From Burkholderiales bacterium (lineage in GTDB: Bacteria; Pseudomonadota; Gammaproteobacteria; Burkholderiales; SG8-41), in contig JAHCAG010000005.1 of assembly GCA_019635015.1 (NCBI GenBank), positions 10,810-74,809 of the forward strand: a stretch of DNA of 64,000 nucleotides, read 5' to 3'. Each line of letters starts with the position of its first letter. The first letter of the stretch is position 1. The translations under genes were made by a program, and so were the position numbers. Positions 48,270 through 56,572 of the stretch are shown here, piece after piece. The notes beneath the pieces are model-generated. The model was not told where the DNA came from, did no database searches, and saw only the letters and a program-made list of their open reading frames with translations.

Positions 48270-50288
48270 TCAGGCCCTGCGCGAGCCGCGCACGCGCGCT
48301 GCAGTGGCCATGCTGCCCAGCGGGCTTACCGGGCGCAGGAAATTGCCCTGTGCGTAGAGCATGCCGGCTTCCTTCAGCAGGCCCAGCGTTTCCGCCGTTT
48401 CCACACCCTTGGCAACGACCTGGCGCCTGAGTTCCCGCGCGACACCGTTGACGGCCTTGATGAACACCAGGCTCTCGGCGTTGTCGCGCAGGTCCTGGGT
48501 GAAACTGCCGTTGATCTTGAGGTAGTCGACCTCGAAGCGCTTGAGGTAATAGAACGAGCTGAAACCGGTGCCGAAATCGTCCAGCGCGAAGCGGGCGCCG
48601 AGGGGGCGCAGCTGCTCGATGAAGGCGCTGGTGGCGTCGATGTTTTCCATCGCCGCCTTTTCGCTGACCTCGAACACCAGGCGGTCACCGGGAACGTCGG
48701 AGGTGCGCACGATGTCGACCAGTTCGCGCACCCAGGCGGCGTCGGCCACCGAGGCGGAGGAGAGGTTGACCGAATAGCGCCGCCGCTGGTTGCGATCGTG
48801 TTCGTGGATGTGGGTCAGCATCCGCGCCACCACGCGCTGGTCAAGCGCCGGTGCATAACCCAGTGATTCCGCGGTGCCCATGAACTGTGCCGCTTCTGTC
48901 CAGTTGCCGCGGTCATCCCGGATGCGCAGGAATATTTCATGGTGCACCTCGGTGCCGGTGCTGAGCTGCACCGCAGGCTGCACATAGAGCGCGAGCTCGT
49001 CCTGGTCGAGTGCTTCGGTGATCAGCCGCGACCAGTGGTTGCGGCGGTGGCTCGAGCGCAGGGCATCCGAGGCGGGATTGAACATCGTCACGCGGTTGCG
49101 GCCCTGGTCCTTGGCCTGGTGGGTCGCAGCGTCGGTGGCGGCGAGCAGGGCGTCCCATTCGCTGCCGTGCAGCGGATAGAGGGCAACGCCGATCGAAGCG
49201 GTGATGCTGGATACCACGCGGTTGGGGGCGGTTTCCAGACGGTAATTCTGCACGGCGTCGAGGGCGACAGCGGCTGTGGACAGCACCTCCTCCCGGCCGG
49301 CATCGTACAGGTGCAGCACAAACTGGTCTTCGCCGACTCGGAACAGTTCTCCGTTGCGGTCACGGGCGACGTTGCGCAGCACGCCGGAGAGGCCAAGCAT
49401 CAGCTGGTCGCCGGCACCGTGGCCGAAGACCGCGTTGATGCGCTTGAAGTGATCCATGTCGATCAGCACCACGGCGCCGGACTGCCCGGTATTCAGCGCG
49501 GCTTCCACCTGGCGCTGCAGTGCGCCGCGGTTCGGCAGGTCGGTCAGGGCGTCATGGAGTGCAACATGTTCGGCGCGGCGGATCGCCAGGTGCTGTTCGG
49601 TGACATCGCGGGCGGTACCGCGGATGCCGAGCATCCGGCCGTTCTCGTCGCGGGTGATCCGGGCGTTGATGCCGATCCAGCGGTCTTCGCCGCGCGCGGT
49701 CGTGAGGTGGGTGACGTGGTTCTGCACTTCGCCGCCGCGGCGCAGGGTGGACAGGAAACGGCGGTTAGGCACATGCGCGCCGTTGGTCTCGAAGCTGAAG
49801 AAACAGCGCCCGATCAGGTCCTGCGGAGCCAGCCCGAAGATTTCGTGGGCGGCGGCATTCAGGTAGGTGAACCGGCCCTCGGCGTCGGTCTGCCAGATCA
49901 GGTCGTGCGAGGTCTCCACCAGGTCGCGGTAACGGCCCTCGCTCTCGATCAGCAACTGGATGATCCGGCGCTTCTCGGCGAGTGTTTTCTTGATGCTGGC
50001 GAGTTCGCGCGAGGTTTTCTCCGCAAATCCGCCGCCGTTGGCCTGGACCAGGCGGTCGATGACTTCCCGCGGATACCGGCGGTGTCCGCCTTCCGTGCGC
50101 AGTGCGCCGAGGATGCCCTGTTCATCCCAGCGCCGGAGTTTCTGCGCGGAGATGCCGAGCAGGCGCGAAGTCTGCTCCATGGTGTAGGAGTGCTCGTATT
50201 CGGACATATCCTCGGTCTTGCCTTGCCCCTGGGCCCGGGATGGCCTTTTGCGAAGTCTAGCAGAGCCCCGCCGCTGATGCTTTTTCAC
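48270..50288 (-). CDS. MerR-type HTH - PAS - degenerate GGDEF - EAL signalling protein (RpfR-like position next to DSF synthase)
   Basis: 672 aa. HTH YTMEQTSRLLGISAQKLRRWDEQGIL..RTEGGHRRY. PAS (RYRDLVETSHDLIWQTDAEGRFTYLN). GGDEF domain with RVGEDQF in place of RxGGDEF. EAL domain with EIFLR, SVNLS, DDFGTGFSS, KGVET, QG motifs. GTG start with AAGGAGA 7 nt upstream. Confidence 0.85.
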   Translation of the reverse strand: MKKHQRRGSARLRKRPSRAQGQGKTEDMSEYEHSYTMEQTSRLLGISAQKLRRWDEQGILGALRTEGGHRRYPREVIDRLVQANGGGFAEKTSRELASIKKTLAEKRRIIQLLIESEGRYRDLVETSHDLIWQTDAEGRFTYLNAAAHEIFGLAPQDLIGRCFFSFETNGAHVPNRRFLSTLRRGGEVQNHVTHLTTARGEDRWIGINARITRDENGRMLGIRGTARDVTEQHLAIRRAEHVALHDALTDLPNRGALQRQVEAALNTGQSGAVVLIDMDHFKRINAVFGHGAGDQLMLGLSGVLRNVARDRNGELFRVGEDQFVLHLYDAGREEVLSTAAVALDAVQNYRLETAPNRVVSSITASIGVALYPLHGSEWDALLAATDAATHQAKDQGRNRVTMFNPASDALRSSHRRNHWSRLITEALDQDELALYVQPAVQLSTGTEVHHEIFLRIRDDRGNWTEAAQFMGTAESLGYAPALDQRVVARMLTHIHEHDRNQRRRYSVNLSSASVADAAWVRELVDIVRTSDVPGDRLVFEVSEKAAMENIDATSAFIEQLRPLGARFALDDFGTGFSSFYYLKRFEVDYLKINGSFTQDLRDNAESLVFIKAVNGVARELRRQVVAKGVETAETLGLLKEAGMLYAQGNFLRPVSPLGSMATAARVRGSRRA

Positions 50289-50311
50289 GCGTTTTCTCCT
50301 TCCCCTTCGGG

Positions 50312-51238
50312 TCAGTGGACGACGGCCGGTTCCTGCAGGCCGTTCTGGCGCGACACCAGGCGCTGCATCAGTTTCAGGTCGCGGGTGGTCAGGCGCAGCG
50401 CCGCGTCGACCCAGACGCCGACAACGTCCTCGAGCTCCTCGAAGGTGATCTGGTGCACGCGGCGGCGCACCGCGGCGAGCGCGGCCATGCCGTTGCGCGA
50501 GCGCGAGCGCTGCTTGATCAGTGCGTTGACTGCGGCTTCACCCTCGCCATCCTCGGCGACCACGTCGATCACCCCCAGATCGTGCATTTCCTCGGCGCTG
50601 TAGATTTTTCCCGAAGCAATGATGCTTTCGGCGGCGCGCTGGCCGACCTTGCGGTCGAGGAAGGAATAGGCGCCCATGCCCGGGAACAGGTTGAACAGGA
50701 TTTCCGGGAAGCCGAAGCGCGAGCCCCGTTCGGCGACGATCACATCGCTGGACAACGCGGCTTCGAAGCCGCCACCCAGGCATTCGCCCTGTACCAGCGA
50801 GACGGTGGTCACGGGCAGGTCGTGGCCGATGTAGTTGCGGTAGAGCACATCGATGCAGGCACGGCCGTAGGTGGACAGTGCATTGCGGTCGCGACGGTCG
50901 ATTTTCTGGCGGAACAGTTCGAGGTCGCCGCCGAGGTTGAACACCCCGGGCATGCCTGAGGCAAGGATCACGTAATCGATGGGTTCGCTACCGCCCCCGC
51001 AGTCGATCGAGCCGCCGGTTTCCGTGACAAAGTTGTAGTAGGTGCGGATGTCGGCGAGCAGGCCGGGGTTGAAGCAGGGACGCGGTGCCGCGGTCCAGCG
51101 CGACCACAATGCCCGGGTCTGGCGGTCGAAATGCGCGTGCAACTGCGGCGAGAAGCGGAACTCGGTGTTGCGGCTGAAATCCGGACGGACTGCGGCGTGG
51201 TGGACGTCGATGACGGCTGCCGGCACTTGCATTTCCAT
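50312..51238 (-). CDS. rpfF: DSF-family signal synthase, RpfF-like crotonase (enoyl-CoA hydratase/isomerase superfamily)
   Basis: 308 aa. VFNLGGDLELF, VSLVQGECLGGGFEAALSSDVIVAE, FPEILFNLFPGMGAYSF, IWVD-type C-terminus. Colinear by eye with my recollection of Xanthomonas RpfF (FNLGGDLALF ... LVQGNALGGGFEAALS ... LPEVLFDLFPGMGAYSF). Confidence 0.8.
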   Translation of the reverse strand: MEMQVPAAVIDVHHAAVRPDFSRNTEFRFSPQLHAHFDRQTRALWSRWTAAPRPCFNPGLLADIRTYYNFVTETGGSIDCGGGSEPIDYVILASGMPGVFNLGGDLELFRQKIDRRDRNALSTYGRACIDVLYRNYIGHDLPVTTVSLVQGECLGGGFEAALSSDVIVAERGSRFGFPEILFNLFPGMGAYSFLDRKVGQRAAESIIASGKIYSAEEMHDLGVIDVVAEDGEGEAAVNALIKQRSRSRNGMAALAAVRRRVHQITFEELEDVVGVWVDAALRLTTRDLKLMQRLVSRQNGLQEPAVVH

Positions 51239-51297
51239 GATGTATCTCCCTGTCGAGGCGTTGATTGAGCGGGAAGCACAGTGCTTTCCCGGGCTTG

Positions 51298-51326
51298 ATT
51301 AGAGGCCAGGACACGCAGGCCGGCAA
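51298..51326 (-). promoter_or_regulatory. candidate sigma70 promoter for the rpfF-like gene
   Basis: Minus strand TTGCCG (51326-51321) - 17 nt - TCTAAT (51303-51298), about 55 nt upstream of ATG 51238. Confidence 0.3.
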
Positions 51327-51356
51327 ATCTAACAAATTGGGAGATTTTAAAATAAT

Positions 51357-51378
51357 CATTAAAAACAAATGGTTGCAT
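51357..51378 (+). repeat. AT-rich box copy M6 (CATTAAAAACAAATGGTTGCAT)
   Basis: In the divergent rpfF-like / aas-like intergenic region, about 30 bp upstream of a candidate minus-strand -35 element. Confidence 0.55.
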
Positions 51379-51574
51379 TCATAATTCGGCGCCGGACTGC
51401 CATGGATGGCGCATCGTGACTCGTCGTGCACCATGGCTTGGGGCCGGGCCCGGCCTGGGTCCGCGTGCCGGCGGCCCTGGCGAACTGCCGGTGGAACTGT
51501 TTGACTCCAGAGGGACGAGCCGTTAAAACCATGCGCTGGTTACGACATCCCCGACACGCGTACTCCTACTGCCC

Positions 51575-53698
51575 ATGCTGCGCGCCATCCTGAAGTTGCT
51601 GTTGGGTCTCATGTTCCGGGTGCGCGTGGACGGCCATGTCGATGCGCTGCTGCGCGGCCGGCCGCTGGTGCTGGCCAGCCATGATTCCCTGCTCGATGCC
51701 CTGCTGGTTGTGCTGTTCCTGCCCGGCCGGCCGTTGATTGTGCTGCCGCGGACTCTCGCCGGGCACCGTATCGGCGCCCTGGTGCGGCGCCTTGCCGATT
51801 GCGTTGAACCGGGGGATGCCGGCGGCGGCGCGGTCAAGCGCCTGGTGCGGACCGTGCGTGCGGGGCGGCCGGTGGTGATGTTTCCGCAGGACCGTGTGAC
51901 CACCACCGGCAGTCCGATGAAGGTCTATGGCGCCGCCGGCGTCATCGCGTTGCGGGCGGATGCCGATGTCATTCCGTTGCGCATCCATGGCACCCTGCAC
52001 ACGCGCTGGGCGGCGACCGGTCCGCGCTGGCCGCGGCAGCGTTTTCCGCGGATCACGATGCTGCTGTTGCCGGCGCTGCGTTTCACGCCGCGGGCTGCCG
52101 GCATCGGCGGATCGCGGCGCCAGCGCATCAATGATGAGCTGCAGGGCATCATGCAGCGGGCAATGGCGGCGGCCGAACCCCGGCGTTCGCTGTTCCGGGC
52201 ATTGCTTGACGCAGCTGCATTGCACGGCCGCCGCACCCGCATCTTCGAGGATGTCCGCGGCCAGATCACCACCTATGCCGACCTGCTCAAGGGGGCATTT
52301 GCGCTGGGCCGGCTCACCGCGAAATTCACGCAGCCGGGAGAACGCGTCGGCGTGCTGATGCCGAATATCGGCGCCACGGTCTGCCTGGTCTTCGGACTGG
52401 CGTCCCGCGGCCGTGTCGCAGCGATGCTCAATTATTCCAGCGGCGCCGAGTCTGTGCGCGGGGCCTGTGCCGCAGCCGCCATCAGGACGGTGATCACCTC
52501 GCGCAGCTTTGTCGAGGTCGCGCGCCTGCAGCCGCTGCTTGATGCACTGTCGTCCTGCAGCATTGTCCATGTCGAGGACCTGCGCGGGACGATGGGGCTC
52601 GCCGACAAGTTGTGGATACTGCGCGCGCTGCTGCATCCGCGCAGCGCCTTGCCGGAGACCGACCCGGCGGCTACCGCGGTGGTGCTGTTCACGTCAGGAT
52701 CAGAGGCGCGGCCCAAGGGTGTCGCGCTGTCACAGGAGGGCATGCTGTCATCGATGGCGCAACTGCGCGCAGTGATCGATTTCGGGCCCGATGACAAGTA
52801 TCTCAACGCGCTGCCGATGTACCATATTTTCGGACTGGTGGTCGGCACGCTGATGCCGCTGCTGACCGGCACCCGTCTGTTCCTCTACACCAATCCGCTG
52901 CACTACAAGGTGATTCCGGAATATGCCTATACCCGGGATTGCACTTACATCTTCGGCACCAGCACCTTTCTCGGCAACTACGCGCGCCAGGCCCATCCCT
53001 ACGATTTCTACCGCATGCGTTTCGTCATCTCCGGCGGCGAAAAGCTGCACCCGGAGGTCGCGCAGCTGTGGTTCTCGAAATTCGGCCTGCGTGTGCACGA
53101 GGGTTATGGCGCCACCGAGTGCGGTCCGGCCATGGCCTTCAATGCTCCGCTGACCTACCGGGCGGGAACCGTGGGCCGTTTTCTGCCCGGCATCGAGTGC
53201 CGGGTGGTGCCGGTGCCCGGAATCGAGCAGGGTGGCGTGGTGCACGTCCGCGGCCCCAATCTTATGCAGGGTTATTTCTTCCACGACCGGCCCGGGATGC
53301 TGCAGCCGCCGCGTTCCGAGGTCGGCGAGGGCTGGTACAACACCGGTGACGTGGTCAGCGTCGATGCCGACGGTTTCGTCACAGTGCTGGGCCGGGTCAA
53401 GCGTTTCGCGAAAATTGCCGGCGAAATGGTGTCGCTGGAGCGGGTTGAAACCATTGCTTACCATGCTTCGCCGGGATTCAAGCATGCCGCTGTCGTCGAG
53501 ATGACGCGCTCGGGAGAGAGCACGGTGCTGCTGACCACTGATCCCGCGCTTGACCGAATCGCGCTGCAGCAGGCGGCGCGCCAGATCAATGCCCAGGAAC
53601 TGGCGGTGGCGCGGCGGGTGGTGAAGGTCGACAGCCTGCCGCTGCTTGGTTCGGGCAAGATCGACTACGTGACCCTGAAGGACATGGTGGTCCTGTGA
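51575..53698 (+). CDS. aas: bifunctional acyltransferase / acyl-ACP synthetase (Aas-like: lysophospholipid acyltransferase + AMP-binding domain)
   Basis: 707 aa. N-terminal PlsC-type HX4D motif (SHDSLLD), C-terminal adenylate-forming domain (FTSGSEARPKGV, GYGATE, GDVVSVDADGFVTVLGRVKRFAKIAGEMVS). Length and order as in E. coli Aas. Confidence 0.75.
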   Translation: MLRAILKLLLGLMFRVRVDGHVDALLRGRPLVLASHDSLLDALLVVLFLPGRPLIVLPRTLAGHRIGALVRRLADCVEPGDAGGGAVKRLVRTVRAGRPVVMFPQDRVTTTGSPMKVYGAAGVIALRADADVIPLRIHGTLHTRWAATGPRWPRQRFPRITMLLLPALRFTPRAAGIGGSRRQRINDELQGIMQRAMAAAEPRRSLFRALLDAAALHGRRTRIFEDVRGQITTYADLLKGAFALGRLTAKFTQPGERVGVLMPNIGATVCLVFGLASRGRVAAMLNYSSGAESVRGACAAAAIRTVITSRSFVEVARLQPLLDALSSCSIVHVEDLRGTMGLADKLWILRALLHPRSALPETDPAATAVVLFTSGSEARPKGVALSQEGMLSSMAQLRAVIDFGPDDKYLNALPMYHIFGLVVGTLMPLLTGTRLFLYTNPLHYKVIPEYAYTRDCTYIFGTSTFLGNYARQAHPYDFYRMRFVISGGEKLHPEVAQLWFSKFGLRVHEGYGATECGPAMAFNAPLTYRAGTVGRFLPGIECRVVPVPGIEQGGVVHVRGPNLMQGYFFHDRPGMLQPPRSEVGEGWYNTGDVVSVDADGFVTVLGRVKRFAKIAGEMVSLERVETIAYHASPGFKHAAVVEMTRSGESTVLLTTDPALDRIALQQAARQINAQELAVARRVVKVDSLPLLGSGKIDYVTLKDMVVL

Positions 53699-54489
53699 GT
53701 GTCGCCGCGGCACCCGGCAAGCCGGTGGTGATTGCGCAGTTCTCCGACCTGCATGTCGTGGCAGGAGCGCGCGACGGTTTCGGCGTTGATACCGTCAGCG
53801 GCCTGGAGCGCTGCATCCGCCATCTGCGCGCGCTCGACAGCCCCCCCGACCTGCTGGTGGCGAGCGGTGACCTCGTCGATCAGGGCGAGTCCGTCGAGTA
53901 CGCAAGGCTGCGTGACATGCTGGCCGCGGTCGAGGTGCCCTTATGCCTGATGCCGGGCAACCATGACCGTCGTGCGCCGCTGCGGCAGGCCTTTGCCGGT
54001 CACGACTACCTCGGCAGCTCCGGCCGCATGTATTACCATCGCGACGTGCGCGGCCTGCGGGTGATTGCGCTCGACAGCGTGATCGAAGGAAGGGATGGCG
54101 GCGACCTCGACGGGGCCCAGCTGCAGTGGCTCGACGGGGTGCTGGGAGAGCAGCCTGCAATGCCCACCCTGATATTCATGCATCATCCACCGGCGGCAAC
54201 CGGTTTTTCGCGGATGGATCGCATTGCGGTGGCGCCGGGGAGTGCGCGGCAACTGGGAGAGCTCGTCGCCCGGCATCACCAGGTCAGGGCCCTGTTGTGC
54301 GGCCATGTGCACCGCGGGGTGCAGAGATTGTGGCAGGGCGCGCTGCTGTCGGTCTGCCCGAGTACCGCGTTTCAGGCGCGACTGCGGCTTGGGGCGGGGC
54401 GTTTCGAGCCTGATTTGCAGGAGCGCCCGGCTTACCAGTTGCATCACTGGGACGGCGACGCGCTGGTCACCCACACGGTTACTGTTTGA
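53695..54489 (+). CDS. metallophosphoesterase (CpdA/GpdQ-like phosphodiesterase)
   Basis: 264 aa. FSDLH, SGDLVDQG, PGNHD, MHHPP, CGHVH calcineurin-like motifs. 4-nt overlap with the aas-like gene. Confidence 0.8.
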   Translation: MSVAAAPGKPVVIAQFSDLHVVAGARDGFGVDTVSGLERCIRHLRALDSPPDLLVASGDLVDQGESVEYARLRDMLAAVEVPLCLMPGNHDRRAPLRQAFAGHDYLGSSGRMYYHRDVRGLRVIALDSVIEGRDGGDLDGAQLQWLDGVLGEQPAMPTLIFMHHPPAATGFSRMDRIAVAPGSARQLGELVARHHQVRALLCGHVHRGVQRLWQGALLSVCPSTAFQARLRLGAGRFEPDLQERPAYQLHHWDGDALVTHTVTV

Positions 54490-55181
54490 GGAGAGACGCG
54501 ATGGCGCAGATGCACGAGGGCGGCGGCAGGCAGCCGGTCCTGGTATGGGATGTTGCGGTCAGGGTGTTCCACTGGACGCTGGTGCTGTTGCTCGGGTTTT
54601 CATGGCTGTCGGCCGAAATGGACTGGATGGACTGGCATTTCTATTCGGGCTACGCCGTGCTGACGCTGATCCTGTTCCGGATACTCTGGGGCTTTGTCGG
54701 CAGCACCCACGCGCGTTTCGGCGACTTCCTGTACGGGCCGTCTGCCGTCGTTGATTATCTGCGCACGCTGCCTTCGCGCACAGCGGCGAAGTTCGCCGGG
54801 CACAATCCCCTGGGCGGCATCAGCGTCGTGCTGATCCTGCTCTGCGTGCTGGTCCAGGCGGGCACGGGGCTGTTCGCCAACGACGACATCCTCTACGAGG
54901 GGCCGCTCTACAAACACGTCAGCAAGGATCTCAGCGACTGGCTGACGACCATCCACAAGTATAATTTCGAGGTGCTGCTGGTGCTCGCCGGCGTGCATGT
55001 TGCTGCCGTGCTTTATTACCTGCTCTGGAAGTCGGAGAACCTGGTCAAACCGATGTTTACCGGCCGCAAACAGCTGCAGCCGGGCATCGCGCCCGCGCAT
55101 GCGCAGGTGCGCAGCCTTGGCCTTGCGGCAGTGCTGCTCGCCGTTTGCGCGGCGGCGGTGTGGTTCCTCGTCAACAGCTGA
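54486..55181 (+). CDS. cytochrome b561-family membrane protein (Ni/Fe-hydrogenase b-type cytochrome-like)
   Basis: 231 aa, 4 TM. VWDVAVRVFHWTLVLLL ... HNPLGG ... HKYNFEVLLVLAGVHVAAVL His ligand pattern. 4-nt overlap with the upstream gene. The start could be ATG 54507. Confidence 0.75.
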   Translation: MRRDAMAQMHEGGGRQPVLVWDVAVRVFHWTLVLLLGFSWLSAEMDWMDWHFYSGYAVLTLILFRILWGFVGSTHARFGDFLYGPSAVVDYLRTLPSRTAAKFAGHNPLGGISVVLILLCVLVQAGTGLFANDDILYEGPLYKHVSKDLSDWLTTIHKYNFEVLLVLAGVHVAAVLYYLLWKSENLVKPMFTGRKQLQPGIAPAHAQVRSLGLAAVLLAVCAAAVWFLVNS

Positions 55182-55195
55182 GTCCCGGTTCGCAG

Positions 55196-55222
55196 AAAAA
55201 AGCCGCCCGCGGGCGGCTTCTT
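55196..55222. terminator. bidirectional rho-independent terminator
   Basis: aaaaaa-GCCGCC-cgcg-GGCGGC-ttctt between convergent genes. Confidence 0.7.
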
Positions 55223-55241
55223 AAATGATCAATCCGGACTG

Positions 55242-56309
55242 TCAGGCCTTTTTGCGGTTTTTCTCCAGCCAGCCGTCCACCAGCGCGACAGTCTGGTCGA
55301 CCACGTCGAGCTGCATGCCTTTCTGCGCAGCGATGGTCTTGACCAGGCGGTCGACACGTTCGATGTTCGGCGCGCCGGCGGCCAGCGCGCGGGCTGCCGA
55401 CGAGGGGCTGCCCAGCGACAGCGCGGCATTGGCGTATTTGTCGAAGGGCACCATGTCCTTCTCGCTGGCGCCGAGGGACACGCACAGCCGGACCACCCAT
55501 TCGTAAACGGCGCGCGAGGCGGCAATGTCGGAATGCACTGCATCCTTGATCGGACGCATCGCATCCTTCTGCACGCAGCGGTAGTTGCCGGCGATCAGCA
55601 TTGCCCACTTGGCCAGCGGCACGAACACCGAGTCATGCACCTTGAGCTTGACCGGCAGTTCTATTTTTTTGCCATCCCCGGCATCGAAACGCACGGCGTC
55701 GATGTCGGATTCGAGTTGGCGCAGAATCGCGGTATGCGCGTCGGATTCGAAACGCGCAGACTTGAAGTTTGTCGGCAGCCGCACCTGGAGCACATTGACT
55801 TTTTCCTCCGGCGGCCGGAAGGCCTGGGGATCGGGGCTGCACAGCGTCAGGGTCTTCGGGTCAAAGCTGTCCCAGACCGAGGCTTCGGTGTAGCAGTCGC
55901 GGCAGGCGCTGGCGTCAAGGCCGGGGATCCGCTTGAGGTAGGGCAGCGGCGGCATGTTCATGATCGACATGCAGGGCACACGCGACTTGGCGACGCGGTC
56001 CAGCAGTTCGCGCACACCTGCGGAACGGTACTGCGGCTCCTGCATGGCCAGCACGATCAGGTCGTAATCGGTGGGGTCGGCGGATTCCGGACCGCCGGCT
56101 GACAGTTTGCCCGGAAGTGTCCTCGAGCTGATTTCAACCAGGCCTTCGCGCCCCTTGACCGGCATGCGTACGATGGCGCCTTCCGCATTGAACAATTCCG
56201 CTTCGGCGGGCAGGCAGATCATCTTGACGGTGTGCCCCGCAAGCAGCAGCTTGGTGGCCAGTAACGAACCGTAGGAGGCGCCCAGGATCAGGATCTTGTA
56301 GGTACGCAT
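55242..56309 (-). CDS. NAD(P)-binding Rossmann-fold oxidoreductase, ketopantoate-reductase-like (function unknown)
   Basis: 355 aa. N-terminal KILILGASYGSLLATKLLLAGH dinucleotide fold. The rest is not confidently assignable by eye. Confidence 0.45.
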   Translation of the reverse strand: MRTYKILILGASYGSLLATKLLLAGHTVKMICLPAEAELFNAEGAIVRMPVKGREGLVEISSRTLPGKLSAGGPESADPTDYDLIVLAMQEPQYRSAGVRELLDRVAKSRVPCMSIMNMPPLPYLKRIPGLDASACRDCYTEASVWDSFDPKTLTLCSPDPQAFRPPEEKVNVLQVRLPTNFKSARFESDAHTAILRQLESDIDAVRFDAGDGKKIELPVKLKVHDSVFVPLAKWAMLIAGNYRCVQKDAMRPIKDAVHSDIAASRAVYEWVVRLCVSLGASEKDMVPFDKYANAALSLGSPSSAARALAAGAPNIERVDRLVKTIAAQKGMQLDVVDQTVALVDGWLEKNRKKA

Positions 56310-56572
56310 GCAATACTTTCCTCTTGTGGAATGGCAAACGGCGATGATGCTTGCAGGAAGAATCTGTTGTTGGAGGCTTCTGAGGCCTGCAGCAGCCGCA
56401 ATGGTAGTCAGTTAGGCCGGACGGTGCAATCGCGACTCACCAGATGAAATGCGGCGACGGGGATCGTGATGCGTCACCTTGCGCCGCAATGCAGCATTGC
56501 GGGTCGTGCATCAAGGGTGATCCGTAAACGCCTGCAGTAAAGCAGGAAAGGGCCCCTGCGGCTCTCTTGCCG

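Noticed and set aside
51345-51362. A Fur-box-like stretch (AATAATCATTA) overlapping box M6.
   Set aside because: It matches about 10 nt of one half of the 19-bp Fur consensus, and the other half is absent. It is better explained as part of the AT-rich box family.
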